NCBI GenBank assembly: GCA_963665295.1
Contig: OY762209.1
Location: forward strand, 2,496,001 to 2,560,000
Direction of reading: 5' to 3'
Length of the DNA: 64,000 nt
From: Syntrophorhabdaceae bacterium
GTDB taxonomy: Bacteria; Desulfobacterota; Syntrophorhabdia; Syntrophorhabdales; Syntrophorhabdaceae
Shown: one piece after another, positions 1 to 9,375 of the stretch
Position numbering within the stretch: the first letter of the stretch is position 1
How the letters are laid out: every line of letters begins with the position of its first letter
Program-made: the position numbers and the translations under genes
The notes under the pieces: model-generated
What the model saw: only the letters and a program-made list of their open reading frames with translations
Told to the model about the DNA's origin: nothing
The model's database searches: none

Positions 1-464
1 TAATACTGGTTGAACCTGAGCCAGTCGTCGAGGATGGCGAAACCGCCGGTGAAACGGAGAAAACTTACAAGGGCTACCGCGGCTTTGGGCAGCTTGGAGA
101 GCTTCGCCTCTTCACCTGGTCGCTGCTGGTAGAAAGTGACCCCGCCACTGACGTCGATTATTTTGAACGTGTCGTTTGAGGAGGCGCGCATGTCCACTTC
201 ATCGAAGAGGACCTCGTATCCCCTGTCCGGACTCTTGAGCTGGTCGCTCATCACGAGGGCCACGGGAGCGGCGGGCATGAGGTTGGCGTCGTGCCCGACA
301 ATCTTCTGGCCGTCTACCGTGGCGGCAGCATACTTCTTTACCGGGTCGCCCTGTATCTTTCCGAGGGCCTTGCAGAGAGCGTCGACGATCGCATCGACCC
401 GCTCGGCCGGGGGGATTTCCTTGATCTTTGCCCAATTAATTACTTTAACTCCGAAAAGTTTCAT
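1..464 (-). CDS. Probable major capsid protein (runs off the window)
   Basis: Not in ORF track; ATG at 464 with GGAGG upstream, open frame MKLFGVKVINWAK...YEVLFDEVDMR...GGFAILDDWLRFNQY to base 1; follows protease and cement genes. Confidence 0.7.
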   Translation of the reverse strand, partial: MKLFGVKVINWAKIKEIPPAERVDAIVDALCKALGKIQGDPVKKYAAATVDGQKIVGHDANLMPAAPVALVMSDQLKSPDRGYEVLFDEVDMRASSNDTFKIIDVSGGVTFYQQRPGEEAKLSKLPKAAVALVSFLRFTGGFAILDDWLRFNQY

Positions 465-493
465 CTCTCAACCTCCTTGTAAGGTCTGCGTGG

Positions 494-1456
494 TTAGCTC
501 GTGAGCACCTTGCGTTTGTATTCTATCCAGGCCGCGTGCAGGTAGACCGCGTCGCCCGCGTGGGCTTCCGGCATGAGCACAAGGGTCATGTTGGCGTTTG
601 TCTGATTTGGGGGGAGATCGGCGGCGAGGATCGTCGCGGTCAACTCCGCTTTTGCCAAGGCTATGAGGTTTGCGGCCGCTGCCGACGGGAAGCAGTCAAC
701 ATCGCTTTCGCCGAAATAGGCCTCTCCATCCATGTGGACCGTGTTCGCATCGGCGTCCTTGGACGTGAGGAAGTGGACCACCAGGTTGGCGGTAAGGTCC
801 ACGTCAGGGGGAAGAATGACCTGGGCCGCGATCTGGTCCGTGTTGCCTGCCGCCCATGCGAGCCTCATAGCGTCGCCGTCTCCGATCATCGAAAGGATGG
901 GGGTCGTGTCGATGGCGAGTACCCCGCCGTTACCTGCGGCGTTGATGAAGACACCGGCGGCGAGTTCACGGAAGGAAGTAAGGGGAACGGGAATGAACCC
1001 CTGAATGCTCTTGAGGTGCTGGTAAATCTCCTGAAGGGCGGCTTCCACGTCTGTGTGCGCGGTGAACTGGCCCGCGTCGCTGATCGAAACGTCGGAGGCG
1101 GGCGGCGCGAGGACGTGGTTGGGAAAGATAACCATAACTATCTCGGTAGCCGACGTTCCTGCCGCTTCAAGGCAGATGCCTGCGAGGGTGGTAGCCACGG
1201 TGACCTTCGTCATTTTGCCCGCGGAGGCATCCCAGTAACACCGGTCGCCGGGGGCGAAAGAGGTACCCGTCACCTTGGGCATGATGGCCTTGCCCAGGTA
1301 CACGTAGGAGTTGATCACATTCGCGAGGGCGTCATTAATCGCCACGAGGACGTTTCCGTTCGAGACGATGATATCTCCCGCCTCAACTTCGGCGGTGTGG
1401 GCGAGGATCAGAGTCCTCGCGTTCTGGATGCTGTCGGTGATGGTTCCTGTGGCCAT
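494..1456 (-). CDS. Capsid cement/decoration protein (DUF2190-like N-terminus) with long C-terminal extension
   Basis: N-terminal ~110 aa (VEAGDIIVSNG...MPKVTGTSFAPGDRCYWDAS...AGICLEAA) fits the DUF2190 pattern; lies between protease and capsid. Confidence 0.65.
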   Translation of the reverse strand: MATGTITDSIQNARTLILAHTAEVEAGDIIVSNGNVLVAINDALANVINSYVYLGKAIMPKVTGTSFAPGDRCYWDASAGKMTKVTVATTLAGICLEAAGTSATEIVMVIFPNHVLAPPASDVSISDAGQFTAHTDVEAALQEIYQHLKSIQGFIPVPLTSFRELAAGVFINAAGNGGVLAIDTTPILSMIGDGDAMRLAWAAGNTDQIAAQVILPPDVDLTANLVVHFLTSKDADANTVHMDGEAYFGESDVDCFPSAAAANLIALAKAELTATILAADLPPNQTNANMTLVLMPEAHAGDAVYLHAAWIEYKRKVLTS

Positions 1457-1506
1457 GGTATCCTCCTTGAAGGCTGTTTTCGGTATCGGCCGTCAAAACG
1501 GCTTGT

Positions 1507-2688
1507 TTACTCCTCGTCCGCGAGGGGGTTCTTTTTCCGCCAGCTTTTTTCCCCTCTCGCGAGATCGTCCGATTTGTCGCGCCGGTCGTCGCTTGCCAGC
1601 TCTTTTTCATTGGGGAACTTTTCGAAGACCCGGTCTTCGAGGGACTTGACCTCGGACTGGAGGAAATCTATCGGGTAGGTCGCGGCCACGGCCTTGACCT
1701 TGTCCTGGGCCTCGGGGGTTTCGGCCACTTCGCCGAGTTTGGCTTTCGACGTCACATATTTGCCGACCAGGTCGTCACGGAAGGCCTTGCCGTCGGCGGC
1801 AAGGGGGGCGAGTTCCGCGATCTTCGCGTCTTTCTTTCCGAGGTCGGTGGTGAGGGCAGCTATTTTGCCGTCCCGTTCGTCCATGGCGACTTTTATCGCG
1901 TCAATGGCCTGAGCGTCGGTCATTCCGTCAGTGATGACCTTTCCGAGAGATTTAAGGTACATTTTCAGAAATTCGTTCATGGTGGTCTTCCCTCCTTCGG
2001 GTTTCTCCGTTTCTTTATGTGGGCGATCTCCTTCATGAGTGGGGTCGGCTTTGTCGTTCCCTGCGCTTTTTATCCCCGCGCCTGGCTGGGCTCCGAGGTA
2101 GACGAGTGAGCCTTCAGTCGCCTCTCCCCGGCCCTGGTACTCGTAGTAAAGGACCGTGCCCTTCGGGTCCGTGATGGGAACCAAGCGCTCGGCCCGGTAG
2201 CCTCCGGAAGCAAAATCGAACACACCAGCGTCGATCTTGACGATCGTCTTCGGGTCGACGCCTTCCTTGGCAATGTAGAACCAGGGAGCCACGAAAAGGA
2301 CGTCTGTTACCCCGGCGGGCAGCTCGATCTCTTCACCCGTGATCCTCTTGGCTTCCTCAAGAGAAACGGTCTCGATAACGGAGTCAAAGAACTTGCCTAT
2401 CGCCTTGTCCCCCACGTTGTATTTGCCGTGGTCGAGGAGAAAGGTCTTGCGGACAATCGTGGTGTTGAAGTGCTGAAGGATTTCCTCGTTGAACCGCTCG
2501 TTGTCGCGGTCGATGGCGTTGTGGTAGAGCCAGAGCTGGCCCACATAAAGCTCGGGGGCGGTGAAGATCCGGCGGGTGAACACGTTGATCTTGCCGAGTT
2601 GCTCCTCGGTGGCGTCGGAAGAAGTGTTCCGGAGGCCCGCAAACTTGAGGGCCTTGGTCTTCTCGATCCATTTGACGGGCTTGGTCAT
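1507..2688 (-). CDS. Prohead protease-scaffold fusion
   Basis: IDRDNERF...FLLDH...EGSLVYLGAQPGA protease-like N-terminus, helical C-terminal half, head-module position. Confidence 0.7.
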   Translation of the reverse strand: MTKPVKWIEKTKALKFAGLRNTSSDATEEQLGKINVFTRRIFTAPELYVGQLWLYHNAIDRDNERFNEEILQHFNTTIVRKTFLLDHGKYNVGDKAIGKFFDSVIETVSLEEAKRITGEEIELPAGVTDVLFVAPWFYIAKEGVDPKTIVKIDAGVFDFASGGYRAERLVPITDPKGTVLYYEYQGRGEATEGSLVYLGAQPGAGIKSAGNDKADPTHEGDRPHKETEKPEGGKTTMNEFLKMYLKSLGKVITDGMTDAQAIDAIKVAMDERDGKIAALTTDLGKKDAKIAELAPLAADGKAFRDDLVGKYVTSKAKLGEVAETPEAQDKVKAVAATYPIDFLQSEVKSLEDRVFEKFPNEKELASDDRRDKSDDLARGEKSWRKKNPLADEE

Positions 2689-2900
2689 ATCTTCATCCCC
2701 TTTTGGCGAAGAATGGCGAGAACATCTTCGCCGCTCACTGATTCACGTTTCGGGGGGGACTTCTTCGGGGTCTCTTCCGGTTTTTTGGTGTCGGATGAGG
2801 CTTTGATTCCTTCGACTTCGAAGGTGGGGTCTTCAAATTCCCGGTTATCGGCCGTGGCCGTGTTGGTCAATCTGTTGTCTTTAGCCTTCTTGCCGCTCAT
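2685..2900 (-). CDS. Small charged hypothetical phage protein
   Basis: AAAGGAG RBS; stop overlaps the start of the next gene (ATGA). Confidence 0.55.
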   Translation of the reverse strand: MSGKKAKDNRLTNTATADNREFEDPTFEVEGIKASSDTKKPEETPKKSPPKRESVSGEDVLAILRQKGMKI

Positions 2901-2927
2901 GGTCCGCTCCTTTCGGTCGTTAAAATG

Positions 2928-2969
2928 ACTGTATCACTGTGGTGTGAAACGTTCCGGCAGATCGTTGCA
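2928..2969 (-). promoter_or_regulatory. Putative activator-dependent late promoter 1
   Basis: Dyad TGAAACG-N11-CGTTGCA (2945-2969, plus strand) and TG-n-TACAGT -10 on minus strand; nearly the same arrangement at 7921-7962. Confidence 0.6.
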
Positions 2970-2975
2970 CTTTTT

Positions 2976-5090
2976 TCACGATCCGCTCACCTCACTCGCG
3001 GCCGGGCGGGTGCTGCAACGGTCGCGGGGGTGAGTATCCTTGCCGGGGATGGGGCATTTGTCGATGTCATATTCTCCCGCGAGGGATTGGCAGAGAGGGC
3101 ACGCGTCGGGGGCCGGGACGAACTCGACTCGCTTGATTTTCCATTCGCGCCACTCGTCGAGCTTGGCCGTTTCGGCGGACATAGTCATTTCCGTGCGGGC
3201 GAGGCGCTCCCAGTCGCTGTTCTGGGCCCCAAATATGGATTCGAGGCGGGCTGCCACGTGACGGGGGTTCGTGCCTGCGAGGGCCTGAGCTTCCATCTCG
3301 GGGAGGATCTGGTTCGTGATCATCCGGGTCGCGTTGTCCTTCACCAGGGTGAAGCCGGCGGCGCACAGTTGGTTGTAAATCTCTGCGTTCTTGATAATGT
3401 CGAGGATGGGGCGCGACCCACCGGCGATCTTTGCCGCCTGGATGAGGCCGAGGCTGTAGGACTGGCCGTAGTACCACCTGACGGGGGAATCGGTCGCCTC
3501 GGGGGCGTACCGGCCTGCCACTTCGCGGAGAGCCTTCATGATCGCGGCGCGGTGTTCGTCGGTGAAGGTGAATATGTCGATGAGGGGCGGGGTTTCGTCT
3601 TTCTCGCCTAGGGTACCCGCCGCTTTCGCGGGAAGACGGGATTGAGGCGCGGAATCGGAGAGTTTGAGGATGGTGAATACCCGGGCCTTGAGGTCGGACC
3701 AGTCGGCCTGAAGCCGGTCCTGGTATTCCGTCTCCACCTGGTCGAGTTCCGGCCAGGGATGGGGACGGTTGATTTCTTTGCAGCCGCACACGCAGGCGGG
3801 AGCGTGGAGGAGTTTGTCGCCCGATGGTATGGACTTCGCGGGTGTGCCGGTGACGGTGATCGCGGACGTACCGTTTGCCATTTGCTGGTAGTACATGTCG
3901 GCCTGGGCGTTCATGAAGCGGGCCTGGGCTTGTTTGAGGACGTCGCGGAGGTTGACCTGCGCCCATTTCAAGGTCCAGTCGCCTTTCTTCCATGTGCGGC
4001 CCCGGAGAAGGAGAAGAGTCCGGATCAGGTTGTAGAAGTGGGGCATCTTCGCGGCCTGACGGGTGGAGATGTCGGCGAGAAGTACTTCAGCCTCGTTGTC
4101 GGCGAGGCGCTCCGTGGTGGACCACTGGAGGCCCAGGGTCCACGGGGGGAGGCCTGTTTTCGCGACGATCTGCTCGATTACGTGCCGGGCAGGGACTTCG
4201 AGGGCCAGCTCCTCACCTTCCGACCCGATCACCTTGATCTCGATGTTCGAGTCTTTGTCGATGGCCCGGACGAAATCGGCCGATTTTCCTTCACGCTTCG
4301 CGCGAATGGCGCTGTTGAATTCGTCCTGAATCTTATCCCGGCGGGCGGCGAGGTCTGTGCCGTCACGGCGGCTTGTCTTGTAAACAATACTGAAGGATGG
4401 GTCCCCGAAGCGCTCCCAGACGTTGAGTAAGCTGTTGTGCATGGTGACGAGGATCTTTGAAACAAATTCGCAGCTCCTCATGAGGGGGGTGCCAAAGGGG
4501 TTCTGGTTTTCATTGCCCACGCTGAAATAGATAAGGTTTGCGGGGTCGAGCTTCCTCCAGTCGATGTCATTGTCCGCCCGCTGGAAGATATCGAGGCCCG
4601 TGTCGGTGCGCTTGAAGGTGATGAATTTGGAATCTCCCACGCGCAGCTGCTCGATGTCGTTCCGGCGGCGGTTGGGGACAGACTCGCCCAGGACGAAGCC
4701 CTGCTCCTGGGCTTCGTTGGTGAGATTCTGGTGGAAGGCCTGAAGGCCTTTCTGAATATCGTTCACGGGCACATTGTAGACCCAGTCTTTTATCTCCTCC
4801 ACGAGGGGGCCGTTTTCGCCTTCCACTTCGATGTGGCCGTCGAGGGTGACAAGGCGGTTGATCGCGGCGTCGATGATGGGAATGGCTTCGCGCAAGAACT
4901 CGTAAAAGTAGGGGTCCACCTTGCGGGCGATGTAGTTCGCGAAGATCCGCGTGTACGGCCCCTGCCCGTCGCGTGGGCGCATCTGCCAGCCGGTGGAGTC
5001 TGTGGGGCGGGCGGACGCGGCCTTGCGGCCTCCGGGGATGAATAATTGGCGGACAAAGGGAGTGCGCAGGTTAAAGCCGAATAGGTTCAT
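2976..5090 (-). CDS. Portal protein fused to MuF-like minor head protein
   Basis: N-terminal ~410 aa portal-like (LREAIPIIDAAINRLV); C-terminal MuF signature RLARTE...ACPLC...HPRDRC; start moved to ATG 5090 with GGAGG. Confidence 0.8.
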   Translation of the reverse strand: MNLFGFNLRTPFVRQLFIPGGRKAASARPTDSTGWQMRPRDGQGPYTRIFANYIARKVDPYFYEFLREAIPIIDAAINRLVTLDGHIEVEGENGPLVEEIKDWVYNVPVNDIQKGLQAFHQNLTNEAQEQGFVLGESVPNRRRNDIEQLRVGDSKFITFKRTDTGLDIFQRADNDIDWRKLDPANLIYFSVGNENQNPFGTPLMRSCEFVSKILVTMHNSLLNVWERFGDPSFSIVYKTSRRDGTDLAARRDKIQDEFNSAIRAKREGKSADFVRAIDKDSNIEIKVIGSEGEELALEVPARHVIEQIVAKTGLPPWTLGLQWSTTERLADNEAEVLLADISTRQAAKMPHFYNLIRTLLLLRGRTWKKGDWTLKWAQVNLRDVLKQAQARFMNAQADMYYQQMANGTSAITVTGTPAKSIPSGDKLLHAPACVCGCKEINRPHPWPELDQVETEYQDRLQADWSDLKARVFTILKLSDSAPQSRLPAKAAGTLGEKDETPPLIDIFTFTDEHRAAIMKALREVAGRYAPEATDSPVRWYYGQSYSLGLIQAAKIAGGSRPILDIIKNAEIYNQLCAAGFTLVKDNATRMITNQILPEMEAQALAGTNPRHVAARLESIFGAQNSDWERLARTEMTMSAETAKLDEWREWKIKRVEFVPAPDACPLCQSLAGEYDIDKCPIPGKDTHPRDRCSTRPAASEVSGS

Positions 5091-5114
5091 GGGGTGGCCT
5101 CCAAATTTTATCAA

Positions 5115-7031
5115 TCATGCGAATAGGTCCTCTATGTCAGCCGCCAGGAGATGTGCTAATATCTGCGCCCGGTCGGCGTCAAGAAGGTGGTCGTCTTCCT
5201 TCTTGTAGATCCGGTGCTTGCCGCCGGTGCGGACCGTGTGATTCGTGTAAAAGAGGATCACGTCAGGGTCAGGGGGGTATTCCAGCTCTCCGCGCTGCAT
5301 TTTCTTGACGAGGATGTCCGTGGCCAATTCCTTGAGGGTGATCTTCGACGGTTTGCCGGTTTTGGCGTCGATGATGGGCTCACCGTCCTCGTCCACGTTG
5401 TCCGTGGTTGATTCGAACTGGAAGCCCTTGAGACGGTCGTCATATTCCTTATGCTTGTAAATGTCGAGGCCCTGCAGGTCGTGGGCGACGGCCGACCCCG
5501 CATTCCCGAAGTCTGTCCCCCACGCGAGGGCCTCGCGTGGCCCGTAAATGTCGTCTAGGGCATTCAATGCCTGACATTGCTGGTCGTAGGTTACGTGCTT
5601 GAGCTGGAGGCGGCCTACCTTCCGGTCCCGCTTTCCGATAATGGAGGTTATCCACATCTCCGTTTCATCGTCGGAGAAGCCGAAATCACCGCCGCCTCGC
5701 TTCTGACCGGGGACAGGGTTGAAAAAGGACTTGATGAGACGGGTAAATTCGGACTCACCGTCCGTGAGGTCAAAAAACGTGGACATCAGGTATCCGGTGT
5801 CGACCAAAAATTCCACCTGGGGGATGGGGCCGTTTTCGCCTACCACGTAGTGGCAGCGGAAGCCCCGGACTATTACCTCGTTGTTCGAGGCGTCGACGAG
5901 GATCTTCATCGCGCGGTATTCAGGGATGTCCTTTATGCAGTATTTGAACTGGTGCCATGGGAAGACAGTATGCTCCGGATCGCCGTCCTCGCCGAGGACG
6001 TTATGCTTGTATCCAGGAGAGTCTTCGCCGCCGTACTGGTCGACGAAGAAACGACGGCGGTCGTCATTCCAGTAGGGGTCGGGCATGAGGCTTTTAGGCC
6101 ACTGGAAGAGTCTGAATTTAAGATTCTTGATGTGGCCGGAAACGTCCTTAAAAGATTCAACCGATTCCTCCTTCTTTTCGGTGGGCGATGGAGCGGCGCT
6201 CGGGGGCCTGCCTTTCTTGGGGGTGTTCATTGCGGCGCGCTGGCCCAGGCGGTAGAATTCGCACGAGCGGTCCCCGTCGGGCACGCTGTAGATGCGGGCG
6301 ACGCAGCCTGGCTTCATGGCTCGCCAGAATTCGGACCACTGCATGACGTTCTTATCCTTCGCCGCCTCGTCTTTGATGGCGAAGGTACGGGCGTGGACGC
6401 CCCTGTAGGCCTGACCGTCGAAGCCAGAGGGGCGGAAGTCGAGCTTGAACCCATTCCTGCCGTAAAAGGCGTGGTGCGGGTGCTTCTTCCAGCCGTCCTT
6501 GATCCGGCGGTGCCAGCGCATGTCACCGAGGTCGGGGTTCCAGTTGAACTGGTCGTCCATCCCCTCGATGATCTCCTCCAGATGGGTCTGCTGGGGCGCT
6601 CCGATCAAACCGGAGCCGTTGGGAACCGTGCAAAAGAGGTACGTGGCAAGGGCGACAATCTCGCGGGTCTTGCCGATCTCCGCGGCGTCCTTGTGGACCA
6701 CGTTGCCCGGGTACCGGAGACTCTCCACCTGGAAGTCCCAGAAGCTGTAGGGCTCGTCATGGTCCGGGTCTTCGGGCTCCCGGAGGAAGGCGATGCACCA
6801 GAGAAAGGGGTCGGAGGAGATGCAGCCAAGCTGAAAGTCCTTGAGGGATTCGAAGGGAGGGGGCATCTCGCCCCGAGCAAGCTGGTGGTATGTCCAGTCG
6901 AACAGCTCCATCCAGGGTTCAAAATGCTCCGGGGGAACGATTATCTCCTTTCGCACGAAGTCCCTGAGGCGCAGGGGCTCAAGGGGAGCAGGCGCGGCCC
7001 GGGGAGAGGCGCTACTCGTCGTCGCCGGCAT
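5115..7031 (-). CDS. terL: Terminase large subunit
   Basis: Walker A-like AAEIGKT, Walker B-like FAIKDEAA, RNase H-like acidic motifs (GGDFG, DDHLLDA); directly upstream of portal. Confidence 0.85.
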   Translation of the reverse strand: MPATTSSASPRAAPAPLEPLRLRDFVRKEIIVPPEHFEPWMELFDWTYHQLARGEMPPPFESLKDFQLGCISSDPFLWCIAFLREPEDPDHDEPYSFWDFQVESLRYPGNVVHKDAAEIGKTREIVALATYLFCTVPNGSGLIGAPQQTHLEEIIEGMDDQFNWNPDLGDMRWHRRIKDGWKKHPHHAFYGRNGFKLDFRPSGFDGQAYRGVHARTFAIKDEAAKDKNVMQWSEFWRAMKPGCVARIYSVPDGDRSCEFYRLGQRAAMNTPKKGRPPSAAPSPTEKKEESVESFKDVSGHIKNLKFRLFQWPKSLMPDPYWNDDRRRFFVDQYGGEDSPGYKHNVLGEDGDPEHTVFPWHQFKYCIKDIPEYRAMKILVDASNNEVIVRGFRCHYVVGENGPIPQVEFLVDTGYLMSTFFDLTDGESEFTRLIKSFFNPVPGQKRGGGDFGFSDDETEMWITSIIGKRDRKVGRLQLKHVTYDQQCQALNALDDIYGPREALAWGTDFGNAGSAVAHDLQGLDIYKHKEYDDRLKGFQFESTTDNVDEDGEPIIDAKTGKPSKITLKELATDILVKKMQRGELEYPPDPDVILFYTNHTVRTGGKHRIYKKEDDHLLDADRAQILAHLLAADIEDLFA

Positions 7032-7914
7032 TGGCCTGACCTTTCAGGCGGGAAGACTTGACCTTGCTCATTGCCTTCGCCACGCGGGTGAACCCGTCGG
7101 CGATGGTGTCGCGGTCCTTGTCACTGTCGTCGGCGCGGGTCTTGGCCCGTGGGGTTGCCATGAATTCGGCGGGATTGAGGCCGAGGTCCGCGAGGAGCTT
7201 CGGGAGAGCAAGCAGGGAGGGATGGGTCACGTACTCGATGTCGGTCCCGTATTTCGTCTTCTTTTCGCGCTTGAGGACCGTACCGTCCCGGAGAATGTCC
7301 TCCATGAGGTTGGAAAGAACGAGCATGGCGTTGCTGATCTGGAGGGCCGCGAGGTCATTGAATTTTTCGACGTTGTTATTTGCGATCGCTTCGTGGACCG
7401 CCCGGTAGAAGGTGAGGACTTCCACCTTGTCGAGGCAGTCGTCGCCCGGCTCCACTTCGCCTTCGTCAACGAGGCTGCACGGGTACTGCGGGCAGGTGCT
7501 TTTGCAGGGCTTCAGCTTGTGGGCGAAGTCCTTCGCGTAGCGGCCGTGCTTCCAACCGTTCCGGTTGCCTTCCATGGCGTCGGCATGGGCGGGTGAGTTG
7601 GCGGCGGCGCGGCGCTGCTCCAGAGCCTCGGGAGAGAGGGTGTAGCGGCGGCGGACGCGGAGGGCGGCGGGGATGCCTACCTCGCGGGGGAGGCCGTGAT
7701 CGTCGGTTTCTTCGTCGTCGGGGGGGCCGGTGGGGTTTTCCTGCTCTTTCATGTAGGCCTCGATTTTGGCTTTGTAAGCGTCGTATTTGGCCTGCTGCTG
7801 GGCGTTGAAGAACTTCCCTTGAAGGAGGAAATCGACGAGACTCCGGTACTGAATCCTCTCGTCCGGGTCGAGGGCGGCGTTTACTATTTCAGGAGTGGGC
7901 TTCGATTCGGCCAT
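7012..7914 (-). CDS. terS: Probable terminase small subunit
   Basis: GNRNGWKHGRY motif, Cys cluster, HPSLLAL...LGLNP segment; overlaps terL start. Confidence 0.65.
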   Translation of the reverse strand: MAESKPTPEIVNAALDPDERIQYRSLVDFLLQGKFFNAQQQAKYDAYKAKIEAYMKEQENPTGPPDDEETDDHGLPREVGIPAALRVRRRYTLSPEALEQRRAAANSPAHADAMEGNRNGWKHGRYAKDFAHKLKPCKSTCPQYPCSLVDEGEVEPGDDCLDKVEVLTFYRAVHEAIANNNVEKFNDLAALQISNAMLVLSNLMEDILRDGTVLKREKKTKYGTDIEYVTHPSLLALPKLLADLGLNPAEFMATPRAKTRADDSDKDRDTIADGFTRVAKAMSKVKSSRLKGQANAGDDE

Positions 7915-7920
7915 GCCATA

Positions 7921-7962
7921 GCCATATCATCCAGAGGGGAAACGGTCTGGCAGAGTGTTGCA
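7921..7962 (-). promoter_or_regulatory. Putative activator-dependent late promoter 2
   Basis: GGAAACG-N11-TGTTGCA (7938-7962) with TATCA 9 nt before GAAACG, the same spacing as at 2932-2969. Confidence 0.6.
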
Positions 7963-7981
7963 TTATTTTGGGGGGGGGGAA

Positions 7982-8012
7982 GGAAAGCAAGAGGCCCCCT
8001 CAAGGGCCTCTT
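7982..8012 (-). terminator. Putative terminator hairpin ending the accessory operon
   Basis: CAAGAGGCCC/GGGCCTCTTG 10-bp stem followed on the minus strand by a pyrimidine run. Confidence 0.55.
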
Positions 8013-8034
8013 GGTAAGGGACTTAAAATTACTC

Positions 8035-8295
8035 TCACCGGTTGGCTCTCAGTTGGGCGGCGTCTAGTTGCCTTTTTAGGACTTTTCTTTTTTTGTCCGC
8101 AACCATCTTCACAGCGGAGGCGCAGATTTCGCAAAGGAATATCGAGGATCCATCGCTGTATTGAAGCCTTTGACGGGAAATTCGGCGATCCGGACCATTG
8201 TCATTCCTGGCATCAATGTTTCTACTGCGGTCGATAGGGACCATTACATGATGATCACAACGATCGTTGTCACAGAAAAATACTTTATCGCTCAT
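8035..8295 (-). CDS. Small Cys-motif (possible Zn-binding) protein
   Basis: CDNDRC...CEIC; AAGGAGG RBS. Confidence 0.6.
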   Translation of the reverse strand: MSDKVFFCDNDRCDHHVMVPIDRSRNIDARNDNGPDRRISRQRLQYSDGSSIFLCEICASAVKMVADKKRKVLKRQLDAAQLRANR

Positions 8296-8311
8296 TTTGA
8301 GACCTCCTTGA

Positions 8312-8755
8312 TTATTGCCATGCCTTCATCCAGGGGATACGCTTTGCGAGGCGGTAGCGGCATGGGAAATCGGCAATTTTCTCCTTGCTGGTCCATATGG
8401 TAAGCCGCCACCTCGGGGGGCTGTCTTTTCTGTCCCTGTCGGTGTCGGCGGGGAGGCGGTCGATCGACTCCGTACCAAGGTGGAGGGCATAGGGGTTGTC
8501 TGTGCCGTCCTCAAACATTATCTCAAGGCCGTCGCTACGGCCATGCTCCGGCCAGGGGCCTCTGGTGACTATCACTTCCGTGGCGTTGTGGACTTCCCCA
8601 ATCACCGCCGGTGCCTTCTCGTCGGGAACGAGGAGACGGAACGCACCGGCGTTGATGGACAGATAGACAAACCCCGTGCGGGCGTTCGCCGTTTCGAAAT
8701 AGTTGGTGCGAATGATATTGGGGCCGTCGTTCTCGATGGAGATGAACTCTTTCAT
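8312..8755 (-). CDS. Hypothetical protein
   Basis: Translationally coupled to upstream gene; protein-like composition. Confidence 0.75.
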   Translation of the reverse strand: MKEFISIENDGPNIIRTNYFETANARTGFVYLSINAGAFRLLVPDEKAPAVIGEVHNATEVIVTRGPWPEHGRSDGLEIMFEDGTDNPYALHLGTESIDRLPADTDRDRKDSPPRWRLTIWTSKEKIADFPCRYRLAKRIPWMKAWQ

Positions 8756-9375
8756 TCTTTTTCGTCCTCCTTCTTAAGTCTTGCCCGTACGGCCCTCGGG
8801 TTGATAGTCTTGTTGTAAAGTTTGACACCTTTTTGGGCCGCCTCTTCGGCGGACCGGGCGCGGACTATTTTGGTGGTGGAAGGAAGACCGTGCTGCTCTG
8901 CTGCTTGATCTCCCAGGGGGATACAGTTCTCCGGGTCGTCGGCTACAATCCAGTTTTGCCAAGTGCTTTTCCTCGAAGGGGCATCCGTTGTTTTGCGGGG
9001 CCTGTCCCAATAGGGAGATTTACATTTCAGGCTCGGGCACACCGCAGGTCTCTGGTCCGTGCGGGGGCGCCAGGTGTGGCCACAGCGGAGGCAGGTGTGC
9101 GTTGCGGGTCCTGCCAGCGTCCTCATGGCTTCCTGCACCGTTTGACCCTTGAACCCTGACCGGTAGCCACGGCCGAGCATCCTGCGCGATTCGTCGTCGC
9201 TATTGACCAGGCCCATCCACAAGATGTGCTCGTCCTCGGTCCCGAACCTCTCACCATGATAGAGACGGCGCAATCCTTTCATATAGCCCTTCCAAAAATC
9301 TCCGTCATTGCCCTCGGAAATACCGTGGAACGTCTCCGCAGCGATCATGTTGGATTTGAATTGTTGTTCGGTCAT
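8752..9375 (-). CDS. Hypothetical protein with internal zinc ribbon
   Basis: CLRCGHTW...CPSLKCKSPYW; GGAGG RBS; coupled overlaps. Confidence 0.75.
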   Translation of the reverse strand: MTEQQFKSNMIAAETFHGISEGNDGDFWKGYMKGLRRLYHGERFGTEDEHILWMGLVNSDDESRRMLGRGYRSGFKGQTVQEAMRTLAGPATHTCLRCGHTWRPRTDQRPAVCPSLKCKSPYWDRPRKTTDAPSRKSTWQNWIVADDPENCIPLGDQAAEQHGLPSTTKIVRARSAEEAAQKGVKLYNKTINPRAVRARLKKEDEKE

